The notes beneath the pieces were generated by a model. That model worked only from the letters and a program-made list of their open reading frames with translations. It made no database searches and was not told the origin of the DNA. 64,000 nucleotides of DNA from Owenia fusiformis (lineage: Eukaryota): assembly GCA_903813345.2 (NCBI GenBank), contig CAIIXF020000001.1, positions 26,846,001-26,910,000 on the forward strand. Reading direction: 5' to 3'. Every line of letters begins with the position of its first letter. Position 1 is the first letter of the stretch. Below are positions 54,068-64,000 of the stretch, one piece after another. The translations under genes and the position numbers were made by a program.

Positions 54068-54302
54068 AGTCAGATTTGAATTTCTGAGAACTTGTAGATG
54101 ATTTTGAAAAATAAATTGTTCAATTTGAAGCAAGTTGAAAAAATATTTTTTGGACTCTGCGAAGGTCATTGAAGGTGAAATCACAAATCTATAGTCAGAT
54201 TAAAACTTCTGAGAACTTGTAGATTATTTTGAAAAAAACATTGGTCAATTTGAAGCAAGTTGAAAAAGAACCTTTTTGACCTTGAGAAGGTCATTGAAGG
54301 TC
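54068..54302 (+). repeat. Tandem duplication of about 125 bp
   Basis: AGTCAGATT...TTCTGAGAACTTGTAGAT...GAAGGTCATTGAAGGT occurs twice. Confidence 0.75.
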
Positions 54303-54369
54303 AAAAATACCAAATACCATATATTATATTCATAATATACCTTGTTATTTTCTTCCATTACAACTCTAG

Positions 54370-54881
54370 ATGAGCAACTCTATGAGAATGTTGCCCCTCC
54401 AGTACCAACATCAAGCCCACCAGTAATGACACCTATTAGTGATGATAGTAGTAAAAAGCATGAGAGCTACCCTTCAGATGATTTATATGATGACACTGAT
54501 AGGTACTCGCCTGATAACACAGGAGAGCTCAGCATTGAAATCACAGAAGGGAGCACTGGAAGCAGGGAGCGTGAAAACCATGAGATAACTGCCTCTTTGG
54601 GACCAGACACAGCTAGCTCCACGAATAGTCCAAACTTTGCCCAAAGTGTGTTCAAATCAATCATGAAAATAGACATGCAAGGTGCCAATAAGGAGTATGA
54701 TGATAACTCAAGTAACACTACATGTAAGAATGGCCATGGAGATAATGGTGTATTCACTGAGAATGATGATATTGAATATACTGAGTTTGACGGTGAACCA
54801 AATGATAATAATGAAGAAGTAACAAATGGTTCCTCCTCCGGCAGAGAGAACGGAGTCACTTCTCGCTACGCACATTCCCTT
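54370..54881 (+). CDS. AFAP1: AFAP1-like exon 12 (acidic, YENV/YDDT motifs)
   Basis: Long open frame, CTT|GTAAGT donor, phase 1 to 0. Confidence 0.8.
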
Positions 54882-55120
54882 GTAAGTATCCTATACCTTT
54901 GAGGCTTCAAGTTTCTGTAAGGAATTAATCTTCTTATACAAATATTAATTCTTGTGTTATTATTGCTATCTTCTTTTGAGATTGGGGTTTGTTTGGAATA
55001 ACAAGATTTCTAGATTTTCAATGAATTCAATTACATCCTTTTGATTGGATTTCCTGAACTGAATTTACCAAATGCAGATTTAATGTGATCAATATTACAT
55101 CATATATTTTATCAATTTAG

Positions 55121-55190
55121 TCTGTTGACGGAGGAATAAATCCAGAGGATAGTGCAAATACAACATCCCCAGTTGCAGTGTCAAAACTTG
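55121..55190 (+). CDS. AFAP1: AFAP1-like exon 13
   Basis: atttag acceptor, G|GTAGGT donor; phase 0 to 1 bridges exons 12 and 14. Confidence 0.7.
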
Positions 55191-55961
55191 GTAGGTTTTT
55201 ATTATGTCTTTGTGAACACTTGGGGTCTACATACATACTCGCTTTAGTCAGTGGTTGAAATTAGACAAAGTGTCGTAAGTTTTCACCTTTTCTATCCACC
55301 AATAGTATTGAGTTATTTTAGAATCAATTAAGTTGCTAAGAGTGTCTTTCACTCACTCTTTAGTCATAAAATATTAAAAAGATTGTTCTCAGTAAAGGTT
55401 ATTGCAAAGATGTAATGTTGGAGGAATCTTATAATGTGATATAAATTGTGTTGATATTTTCCTAGATAATTATTGTTTATGAGTATCATTATATAATATC
55501 TGTCTTTAGAAATACAGTACAAGTGGTATTTTATCTGAGTGGTTACGTAATTTGTCGAATGGTCAAATTTTATCATTTTCCTTATTTTAGTTTTCCTAAT
55601 GACAAGAAACTTCCCATTGGATAACTTTATGAAGATAACATTTCCGACATTTAATTTTCTGAACCTGGCAAAAATTAGTCAATAGGCAAATTAAATGATT
55701 AGTCAGATAGGCCTATATATTATTATTACATTAGTCAGTGATATCTACAAAATTTGTTTATCATACAGATATTAGGGTGATAAATAATACATATGGGTCT
55801 GATTAACAATTTCCTGAAAAATATCACACGGATCTCCTTCATATCAGAAATATCACTGGCTGTTATTGTAGAGATAACTCAATCATTGTGAGATAAAATA
55901 AAATGCGATATTAGGCTATACTTGTATTTAGAAATTCAGAATTAGGATCTTTATATTTCAG

Positions 55962-56202
55962 ATCCCAATAAAGTTGAGAAGTTTTCTAAATTTGTTTCCG
56001 CATTAGATAAATCCAATAACTCTCCAACTACTAATTCTCCTGCTCCACTCTCCTCACGGAGATCACTCTATGCAGTGGAAAAATTTGGTGGATCAAACCC
56101 TGGGAAGGAGGGTGAAGACATTGACGACCTTCAAGATGAGCCCAGAATAAAAGCCAGGATTAACAGCCTCAAAATGAAGATTGGTCAAATTAAACGAAAA
56201 AG
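55962..56202 (+). CDS. AFAP1: AFAP1-like exon 14 (start of coiled coil)
   Basis: tttcag acceptor, AG|GTACAT donor; reads IKARINSLKMKIGQIKRKR. Confidence 0.8.
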
Positions 56203-56583
56203 GTACATTTTATGTACACCCAGTACTTCCCTAAAAAATAAGGCATTGGCGGTAGTTCTAAAACAAAAGGATAATTATTTCGTACATGAACGTTTTGCTA
56301 CCATATAACTGTGTTCATGATTTTTAGATATTTTTGCTCATGTTAATACCCAGGTGTTAATTTGATATGATGATATGAGGAATATGATGACTTTTTGGTT
56401 AACAATTTGTGGCTTGTTTTCTCTTTACCTGGAAGGACCTTACTTTATTATGAAGTTGTAGTCTCCAACTTTTTTATGGATTGTGTTTGGCATTTGATGT
56501 TCAGTGGTAGGTGTTTGGCATCTGTAACAAATGGCAGGCTGTGATATTTTGCATGTTAATGCCTTTTCTTATCTTTGACTCAG

Positions 56584-56746
56584 AGCTGGAGTGCGGGACA
56601 AGAAAATGGCATCACGTAAGCCCTCTGAGAAACAACTGCTGGATAAGGAGTTTAAGCAACTTGACATGGAGTTCATGGAAACTGACAAGCAACTAATAAT
56701 ATTGGAAAACAGACTCGAGAAAATCCCAAAAAATCCAAAATCAAAG
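56584..56746 (+). CDS. AFAP1: AFAP1-like exon 15 (coiled coil)
   Basis: Heptad-like LLDKEFKQLDMEFMETDKQLIILENRLEK; AAG|GTAAAT donor. Confidence 0.8.
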
Positions 56747-57113
56747 GTAAATGATAACATTGAGCAGTATGCTATTATAGAATATAAATTGTACAAAAAT
56801 TATTGTACAAATTGTTATGTATTGTACTTTAAGACACTTTTATGCACATTTACAATAATAAATAACATAAAATCCCCTTATGAAACTATTGTGGCAATTA
56901 TGGTCAAGTCAAGTATCGCCAGACCTTAACAGGGTCATACTGACCTTGATTTGGGAGAGTAGACATGAACATGCATATAAATAGCCTAGATTGTACCCAA
57001 ATATTTATTAAATATAGAACTCAATTATATCATTAGAACCATTCAATCAAAAGTTATAAAACTAAGTGGATTACACCTTACGTTATACATGTTGTATATT
57101 ATAAATCAATCTA

Positions 57114-57192
57114 CAGAGTGGGCCAAAAAGTGTTATCCATTCGAATTGTACACAAATAAAAAAGAGGGTAAAATTTATTTTGGCCCACCTTG
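57114..57192. mobile_element. 79-bp Tc1/mariner-type mini-MITE
   Basis: TA|CAGAGTGGGCCAAAA ... TTTTGGCCCACCTTG|TA. Confidence 0.6.
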
Positions 57193-57698
57193 TAAAATGT
57201 TTTGACATAAATCTTATCCACATTCATTACTATACCAGATTCTGATTCCTTATGTGAAAAGTGTCAGGAAAACATTTGTAAGTTACAACTACATCTACAT
57301 GTCTGGATCTATGGGAGATTGCGTTCCTTTCCTGCATACATAGCTTCATATCTGTATGGGCATTCTCAGATTTGTTTGTTTTGTAAACCTCTTACCCTTT
57401 GTTTGTTGTTGGTTTTCCCTCTTGTTAGCATAAGCATTGTCATTGATGACTAGACTTTCTCAACTCATATATAGTATTATTACACATCCCACCTCTCAAT
57501 TAATTGCCTTAGATTCCTTTGCAATCTAACATATGGTATCCTAACACCCCTCTGGTTTTTACTGATGACATTAACTTGGACGCGTCCAACTAAGTATAAA
57601 ACTAGTAAGTACACGTGCTGAGGTCCTCAATTTCCCCATACAAGTGCAATCTACGTACTACTGTATAGAAATTTTGTCAACCTACAGAAGTTAGGAAT

Positions 57699-58352
57699 AT
57701 GGACAGCAACAACAACAACCCCATCCTAAAGGATGTTAACCTCAACAACACAGCATTGTATTATGGTGAACTGGAAGAGGGTCAAATTATAGACTCTGCT
57801 TCATTAGGCTTTCTTCAGAACTCCACGACTGACTTTGGAAATTCTGCATATAACATGCCATCACACACCAACACCAGCGGTTCACTCGACAAACATGCTA
57901 AAGAAGTCTTGCTTCAGTCAGACTTCAATCCAGATCTTCATGATCCCAGGCTCGCTAAAGCCAGTGATTCTAGGCTCTTTCCTCGAGGGAATGAGGTGCA
58001 GGACACTTTTAGCAACAAACATCAGAACCCCATGTCTCACATGAGACCAGGTGGAGACTGTTTACAGTCCGATAAATTGAACTCTATAGGATTCAATTCT
58101 ACAAACATTCAGGCTTCTAAAAAGCTACTGAAAAAACAACGCGATTTACAACGCTCCAAAGAACCCCTAAATGAACCCCAAGTTTATCAACAAACGGGGT
58201 CTGGATTAGTGCAAGACATCATCAAGGGGTTAACTCCAACATTGGAAATGATCGCCTCTAATAAACAACTGGATATTGAGCTCTTAGGTCAACCTGAAAA
58301 CAGGAACAGATCTTCTCAAAGACGCTCACAACAAAGGAGGAAAACGTCATAA
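57699..58352 (+). CDS. DIRS ORF1, N-terminal part
   Basis: First ATG after the left ITR; overlaps the next frame at 58288-58352. Confidence 0.6.
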   Translation: MDSNNNNPILKDVNLNNTALYYGELEEGQIIDSASLGFLQNSTTDFGNSAYNMPSHTNTSGSLDKHAKEVLLQSDFNPDLHDPRLAKASDSRLFPRGNEVQDTFSNKHQNPMSHMRPGGDCLQSDKLNSIGFNSTNIQASKKLLKKQRDLQRSKEPLNEPQVYQQTGSGLVQDIIKGLTPTLEMIASNKQLDIELLGQPENRNRSSQRRSQQRRKTS

Positions 58353-58440
58353 TTCCCCGGTTTCTTCACAAGACGATAGCTCGCCCGCACGGACACTTAG
58401 CATTAAACGGCATCGTTCTGATCACCCCTCCACTAGTGAA

Positions 58441-59508
58441 ATGGAATCTCCCGACAGAGACACAACGCGCATGCGCAGTGTTAATAACCCGGAAATGGAT
58501 TCCGATTCTTCAGCATCAGAAAATGATTATGACTCGAATTCGTGGAAAAACTGCATTAAATTGATAAAAAATGCATTCCCGGAACACTTTACAACGAGCC
58601 CCGATACCAACACGAACAAACAAACAGCAAATATTCCATTAGGATTACAATCTTTGGGCAGGAAGGCATCGTCTTCTGAGAATTCGAATGGATTACCGAT
58701 CGGACCTTCTGTTCAACAAAATTTCACAGCGATGAACCAAGAAATATACAACAAGAGGAACACCAACGACGGTAATTTCCTTCTCAGGCCTAAGCGGTCT
58801 TTCACTTCTTTGAAAGATGATGAACATTTTTATAAAAAATGCATCTTAAACAACACAATCAAAGAATTGGTTCCACCTACAATGAAACTCTCTGAATTGA
58901 GTAATTCAACAAATTATAAGCTGCCAGCAAAACATCACAAGCTGTTAGAGGAATCAGCTAAAGCCCCCCTCAGATATTTATCACACACAGAATGGCTGCT
59001 AGGGGCAACAGGTAAAATTGTAGCAGAAAAATTCCCTGACAATGAGGATTTGATTAATTTGTTGTCTACAGCTTCTACAATGGTCAACAAAGCAACCAGA
59101 GATACTGTTTCAAACATTACCAATGTGATTCTAACACAGAGGGATCGTATCAGTTCCAAATTCAGAAGATCTGATGCGGAATCACTAAGGAATCTCCCAA
59201 TTGATACGACCTACTTATACCCAGAGCCTCAATTAAAAACAATTTGTGAAGGCTCTGATAGATCCAAAACTTCTAAAGCTCTACAGGATCTGGCTTCAAA
59301 CTGGAAAAAGCCCAAAAACGACAACAACAACTATTCAGCTAAAAACAGCTATAACAGAAATAATAACAGAGGCAATTATCACAACAACAACAACAGAGGA
59401 AATTACAACAATAACAGAGGAAACCACAACAATAGAGGCAATTACAACAATGACAGAGCCTCTACATCAACTAAAGACAATAACAACAAACAAAAGAAGC
59501 GAAAATGA
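58441..59508 (+). CDS. DIRS ORF1 (gag-like), C-terminal part with Asn/Arg/Gly-rich tail
   Basis: Position upstream of RT; helical ILTQRD...LRNLPI..TYLY region as in DIRS ORF1 proteins; frame open from 58288. Confidence 0.75.
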   Translation: MESPDRDTTRMRSVNNPEMDSDSSASENDYDSNSWKNCIKLIKNAFPEHFTTSPDTNTNKQTANIPLGLQSLGRKASSSENSNGLPIGPSVQQNFTAMNQEIYNKRNTNDGNFLLRPKRSFTSLKDDEHFYKKCILNNTIKELVPPTMKLSELSNSTNYKLPAKHHKLLEESAKAPLRYLSHTEWLLGATGKIVAEKFPDNEDLINLLSTASTMVNKATRDTVSNITNVILTQRDRISSKFRRSDAESLRNLPIDTTYLYPEPQLKTICEGSDRSKTSKALQDLASNWKKPKNDNNNYSAKNSYNRNNNRGNYHNNNNRGNYNNNRGNHNNRGNYNNDRASTSTKDNNNKQKKRK

Positions 59509-61606
59509 CACTCACAGTTTAACTGTAACCCAGCCCTGCCTCCCCCTATTCTCACCTACAGCCCAGCTGGGACCAGTGGGAGGCAGAATTCAACAACACA
59601 AACACAACTGGGAACTCATTACCAAGGATCAATGGATCCTAAACATAGTAAAACATGGATATGCTCCAGAATTAACAGCAACACCACCAATGACAAACCT
59701 ATTCAACAGGTTCGAATCGGCGTCAAAAAGAAAATCCCAACTTTTTCAAGAAATAGTAGAAAAATTACTTCAAAAACAAGCAGTGGAACTAGTAAAAAAC
59801 AACACTATAGGACACTACAGCATAATCTTCTTAAGACAGAAACCAAACGGAGACTACAGACCTATAATAGACCTGTCTCTCCTCAACAAGTATCTAACTT
59901 GTCCAAAATTCAAGATGGAAACAACTGCAAAAATTTCCAGTGCTCTTCAAATAGGCGAGTGGGCTACCTCCATAGACTGTCGGGACGCCTATTTCCATGT
60001 ACCAATAGCCAAAAACTTCAGGAAATACCTCAGATTTGTGATAAACAATCAAGTGTATCAGTTCAAAACACTCCCATTCGGGATGTCAACCAGCCCTTAC
60101 GTCTTTACAAGGATAACGTTGGCAATTGGGGCATTCCTACATTTCCAAGGAATAACAATACACATGTACCTCGACGATTGGCTCATACGAGCCTCATCTG
60201 CCCAACAGTGCCTCATATGGACTCAAACAGTAATAACTGTGATGGAAAAATTGGGACTGATAATCAACTTCGAAAAATCAGAACTTACCCCAACTCAAAA
60301 CTTCAAATACATAGGCTCACAATACAACCTAGCCTTGGGACTTGTATATCCACCTCAAGACAGGATCCAAAAGATCCTAGAAATCTCTCATCTATTCATC
60401 AACTCTCTACACCAACCAGCGAGACATTGGATGAAACTACTAGGCCTGCTGGCCTCTGCGGAGAAAAACATACCCTGGGGAAGGCTACACATGAGACCGA
60501 TACAACAATGTCTAGCCAATCAAATGTCCCATTTACAATCCCTAGAGACTCCTATTTACATAAATCAGGAGGTAATACACACCTTGAAATGGTGGATGGA
60601 CAAAAACAATCTTTCACAGGGCCAACCATTAGGGATGTTTACCCCAGATCACACAATTTTCACAGATGCATCAGAGACAATGTGGGGTGCACACATGGAC
60701 ACAGTGGAGATAAATGGATTCTGGTCCCCTACAGAGAGGAACAATCACATAAATTGGCTGGAACTAGCAACAGTACTGAAAGCTCTACACAAACTAAATC
60801 ACCTTCTAGTACCCCAAGCAAAAATTCTCTTTTGCCTGGACAACACCACAGCATTGAGTTACATAAACAAACAAGGCGGGACAAAATCGAAACAGCTTCT
60901 GACCCTGAGCCAAGAAATCCTAAATTGGTGCAAGGATCATCAAATCAACATAAAAGCAAAACACATAGCAGGATCCCTAAACCGACGAGCAGATGCTCTA
61001 TCTCGGAACAGAATAGTCAACACAGAATGGTCTCTACTCCCACGAATTGTGCAATCACTGTGGCAGATATGGGAAACTCCCCACATAGATATGATGGCAA
61101 CATGTCACAACAACAAATTACCACTGTACGTATCCCCAGTCCCAGACCAAAACAGCTGGGGAACAGATGCAATGTCAATGTCATGGAACAATCTGAATTT
61201 CTACATATTTCCACCAACAAGCATGATGGACAAAGTCTTGACAAAAATGAAAACACACACCTGCGAAGCCATAATGATAGTTCCAAAATGGCCAAATCAA
61301 CCTTGGTTCGCTCAGTTACTGGATCTACTAGTAGACCATCCAAGAACTCTACCAACATCTCCAAAGCTTCTAAAGATGCCAAAAACAAGCATGTTTCATC
61401 AAACTCCAGAAATATTTGCTCTTCACGCCTGCAAATTGTCAACGACTCCCTCAAAAAACAAGGATTTTCTTCAGAAGTGTCTTCTAGAATATCAGAATCA
61501 TCTAGAAGGAAATCAACAAATAAACTCTATGATTCCAGGTGGAACACCTTCACTCTTTGGTGTGAAGAACGGGATACAAATCCATGCCAAACAGATATAC
61601 CTCTAG
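59246..61606 (+). CDS. pol: DIRS reverse transcriptase - RNase H - adenine methyltransferase-like
   Basis: YRPIIDL, LPFGMSTSP and YLDD (RT); FTDAS, HINWLEL, DNTTA and NRRADALSR (RNase H); IDMMAT...YIFPP (MT-like). True start unknown. Confidence 0.95.
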   Translation: MKALIDPKLLKLYRIWLQTGKSPKTTTTTIQLKTAITEIITEAIITTTTTEEITTITEETTTIEAITTMTEPLHQLKTITTNKRSENDTHSLTVTQPCLPLFSPTAQLGPVGGRIQQHKHNWELITKDQWILNIVKHGYAPELTATPPMTNLFNRFESASKRKSQLFQEIVEKLLQKQAVELVKNNTIGHYSIIFLRQKPNGDYRPIIDLSLLNKYLTCPKFKMETTAKISSALQIGEWATSIDCRDAYFHVPIAKNFRKYLRFVINNQVYQFKTLPFGMSTSPYVFTRITLAIGAFLHFQGITIHMYLDDWLIRASSAQQCLIWTQTVITVMEKLGLIINFEKSELTPTQNFKYIGSQYNLALGLVYPPQDRIQKILEISHLFINSLHQPARHWMKLLGLLASAEKNIPWGRLHMRPIQQCLANQMSHLQSLETPIYINQEVIHTLKWWMDKNNLSQGQPLGMFTPDHTIFTDASETMWGAHMDTVEINGFWSPTERNNHINWLELATVLKALHKLNHLLVPQAKILFCLDNTTALSYINKQGGTKSKQLLTLSQEILNWCKDHQINIKAKHIAGSLNRRADALSRNRIVNTEWSLLPRIVQSLWQIWETPHIDMMATCHNNKLPLYVSPVPDQNSWGTDAMSMSWNNLNFYIFPPTSMMDKVLTKMKTHTCEAIMIVPKWPNQPWFAQLLDLLVDHPRTLPTSPKLLKMPKTSMFHQTPEIFALHACKLSTTPSKNKDFLQKCLLEYQNHLEGNQQINSMIPGGTPSLFGVKNGIQIHAKQIYL

Positions 61607-62505
61607 TGGCAGAATTCCTTCTCTACCTACACAAGACAAAGAAATTCTCTATTCCAACTATAGAAGGCTATAGGACAGCTATCAACACAGTACTAAAGAA
61701 GTCTTCAGATATAGACCTCACTGACAATTCACTAATAGGAGATCTTATTAGATCCTTCAAACTAGAAAATGTAATACCTAAAAACATTATTCCCAAATGG
61801 AATTTAGTGTTCGTTCTAAATGCACTAACAAGAGCACCATTTGAACCTATGGCCACAGCTGAATTAAAGTTCACAACATGGAAAACTCTATTCCTGCTAC
61901 TCATGGCTTCAGGCAAGAGAAGAAGTGATATTCATGCACTGGACTTCAGACGCCTAAAATGGTCAGAAAACAGGGATCAAGTGACTATGTATCCCTTTAT
62001 AGGTTTTTTGCCTAAATCACTATCAGCTGCGGAAGGAGAATCTCGTTTTCAACCAATCTCCATAAAAGCTCTTTCCTCTTTCGTGGATAAAGATTCACCT
62101 GACAGGAAACTTTGTCCTCTGAGAGCCTTACGCTTTTACCTACAAGCCACAGTCGCTAGAAGAGGAAACAGGAATAGACTTTTTATTCCATTTAAGCCTG
62201 GATACGATGGAGATATACACATTAACACTATCTCATCTTGGGTGAAAAATCTGATCTTGTATACATACAAAAATTCACAAGAATCAGATTACAGGATCGA
62301 CTCCATTAAACCCCACGAAACCAGGGCCCTTTCTGCAAGTCTAGCTGTTCAAGCAAACTTATCAGTGGCCGCAGTTCTCAAAGCATGCTCATGGGCAAAT
62401 CACAACACATTTACCAGCTTCTACCTCAGAGATACATCAGTGATTGAGGGAGAACTGCGGAAACTGGGTCCTATGATGATTGCAGGCACCCTGTACGACA
62501 TATAA
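59632..62505 (+). CDS. DIRS tyrosine recombinase
   Basis: C-terminal integrase-like domain with R (GKRRSDI), HxxR (HETR), W (CSW) and Y (TSFY) catalytic pattern. The N-terminal part overlaps pol. Confidence 0.93.
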   Translation: MDPKHSKTWICSRINSNTTNDKPIQQVRIGVKKKIPTFSRNSRKITSKTSSGTSKKQHYRTLQHNLLKTETKRRLQTYNRPVSPQQVSNLSKIQDGNNCKNFQCSSNRRVGYLHRLSGRLFPCTNSQKLQEIPQICDKQSSVSVQNTPIRDVNQPLRLYKDNVGNWGIPTFPRNNNTHVPRRLAHTSLICPTVPHMDSNSNNCDGKIGTDNQLRKIRTYPNSKLQIHRLTIQPSLGTCISTSRQDPKDPRNLSSIHQLSTPTSETLDETTRPAGLCGEKHTLGKATHETDTTMSSQSNVPFTIPRDSYLHKSGGNTHLEMVDGQKQSFTGPTIRDVYPRSHNFHRCIRDNVGCTHGHSGDKWILVPYREEQSHKLAGTSNSTESSTQTKSPSSTPSKNSLLPGQHHSIELHKQTRRDKIETASDPEPRNPKLVQGSSNQHKSKTHSRIPKPTSRCSISEQNSQHRMVSTPTNCAITVADMGNSPHRYDGNMSQQQITTVRIPSPRPKQLGNRCNVNVMEQSEFLHISTNKHDGQSLDKNENTHLRSHNDSSKMAKSTLVRSVTGSTSRPSKNSTNISKASKDAKNKHVSSNSRNICSSRLQIVNDSLKKQGFSSEVSSRISESSRRKSTNKLYDSRWNTFTLWCEERDTNPCQTDIPLVAEFLLYLHKTKKFSIPTIEGYRTAINTVLKKSSDIDLTDNSLIGDLIRSFKLENVIPKNIIPKWNLVFVLNALTRAPFEPMATAELKFTTWKTLFLLLMASGKRRSDIHALDFRRLKWSENRDQVTMYPFIGFLPKSLSAAEGESRFQPISIKALSSFVDKDSPDRKLCPLRALRFYLQATVARRGNRNRLFIPFKPGYDGDIHINTISSWVKNLILYTYKNSQESDYRIDSIKPHETRALSASLAVQANLSVAAVLKACSWANHNTFTSFYLRDTSVIEGELRKLGPMMIAGTLYDI

Positions 62506-62655
62506 CTTCAACATTACAGTAGGGTGAGTTCAAAACCTGTTTTCATCAAACATTCTTATTTATTTATTAGAATTAAATTCAGAATGTTTCTACTCATGGT
62601 TTGTGGGGCCCTCTGGTTATTACTGAATTCACCCACCACCTTTTTGGCTACATTC

Positions 62656-62749
62656 AGGCAATTAATTGAGAGGTGGGATGTGTAATAATACTGGGAAAAT
62701 CCTTTTTAAATTGATTTTCCTGTTTATAAACATACCCACCTCTCAATTA
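62656..62749. other. DIRS internal complementary region (ICR)
   Basis: First half is the reverse complement of the left terminus (57473-57509); second half is the reverse complement of the right terminus (to 62983). Confidence 0.93.
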
Positions 62750-63539
62750 CCAAAGTCCCACCCAACCTCCCCGCTATTCACTAGGGGGAATAGGGAAATT
62801 GAGGACCTCAGCACGTGTACTTACTAGTTTTATACTTAGTTGGACGCGTCCAAGTTAATGTCATCAGTAAAAACCAGAGGGGTGTTAGGATACCATATGT
62901 TAGATTGCAAAGGAATCTAAGGCAATTAATTGAGAGGTGGGTATGTTTATAAACAGGAAAATCAATTTAAAAAGGATTTTCCCATTCTATATTGGTTGAG
63001 GGTTCTAGTGTTTTTGTTGTAGGTTAAGTGCAGTTTGTGTGTATGTATTGCTCAATAGTCTTCTCCAAATGTTGTCCCTTGTGTTTTATAATCTGTCTAT
63101 TGGCGTTTTATTCAATAAATCAACTAGCAGTTTGGAGTTTTAATTTCAATCATTATCATTTTGGTGTTTAATTTTTTTTACGATTCCTTTGAATAGCTGC
63201 TTTTCACCCAGATCAAAATGGAAAAAATGCTAGTCTAATAACTCGATGGAAAAATAGTTATTCTACTTTTCTTTAAGTATGGAGTATTTACCATTTAGAA
63301 TGCATGAAAATGTTCAGTATAGTAATGAAACATTCTGAAGTTTAAATCATAGATATAATGAAATATTAGGTGCATGCACCCTGAAAAAATCCAAAAATTA
63401 CATGCTAACCTGTTGAAACTCTGTTTGCAAAAATGCATTTGTTGAGAAATTCTCGGGAGATCCCTGTTTAACATGAAATGTCTTTTAGCAAAAAACAAAA
63501 TCATGATTTCTCTTTTTTGTTTATTTTTTTTATTTTTAG

Positions 63540-64000
63540 GAATTGTCAAGCAGTATAACTGGAGCTTCACCTAATAATAATATTGCAGTAGTGAAGCAAA
63601 AGTCAACAGAAACGAGTAATATAGAAGCAGCACTAAGTAAATCCAAGGAAAAACAAAATAAAATGGGGGACACAGAAAATAGGTTGGGTGGAACACAAAT
63701 AAAGACAATAGTAACACAAAATAAAACAGGGGAAACAGAGAGAAAATTTGGGGGAACGCAACGAAAAACATCCCAAATTAAATCAGAGGAAACACATAAT
63801 AAAACAGGGGAAACTGAGAGAAAATTTGGGGGAACACAACGAAAAACATCAGTTGAAATACAAAATAAAGCAGGGGAAACTGAGAGAAAATTTGGGGGAA
63901 CACAACGAAAAACATCAGTTGAAATACAAAATAAAGCTGGGGAAACAGAAAGAAAACTTGGGGGAACACAACGAAAAACATCATTAAGTAAAGCAGGAGA
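63540..64000 (+). CDS. AFAP1: AFAP1-like exon 16 (partial; 22-aa tandem repeats)
   Basis: Long polypyrimidine tract plus AG at 63538-63539. The phase-0 frame ELSSSITGASP... stays open to the window end. Confidence 0.65.

Larger units (their letters stand above)
57473..62983 (+). mobile_element. DIRS-type tyrosine-recombinase retrotransposon, full length
   Basis: Inverted terminal repeats (57488-57636 vs 62793-62941), internal complementary region 62656-62749, overlapping gag-like, RT-RH-MT and YR ORFs, no TSD. Confidence 0.95.

Noticed and set aside
63571-63987. Listed ORFs 63571-63771, 63748-63987 and 63778-63984
   Set aside because: Alternative-frame or antisense shadows of the 66-bp repeat; the splice-compatible frame starts at 63540.

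Overview
Eukaryotic, AT-rich invertebrate DNA; the repeat types look mollusc-like, but that is an inference. One multi-exon gene on the + strand spans almost the whole window. It encodes an AFAP1-family adaptor: N-terminal helical region, Pro-rich and Tyr motifs, SYESYD motif, two PH domains, a coiled coil and an unusual 22-aa repeat tail. I reconstructed 16 phase-consistent coding exons from 1757 to beyond 64000. Its introns contain five larger items. (1) A very young, antisense, non-autonomous LTR retroelement (7894-15967) with 2.3-kb near-identical LTRs, an ATAT TSD, a tRNA-Leu PBS and a PPT. It carries a gag-protease reading frame split by one in-frame TGA and has no RT/RNaseH/integrase. 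(2) A nested antisense gene of unknown function (CDS about 30050-29259). (3) A 5.4-kb element with long inverted arms built from 183-bp repeats. (4) A 4.4-kb Foldback/Mutator-like element with 42-bp satellite arms and a 10-bp TSD. (5) A full-length DIRS tyrosine-recombinase retrotransposon (57473-62983) with ITRs, ICR, and open RT-RH-MT and YR frames. Many MITEs, Helentron-type elements and a tRNA-derived relic are also present. All calls come from reading the sequence; no searches were run.
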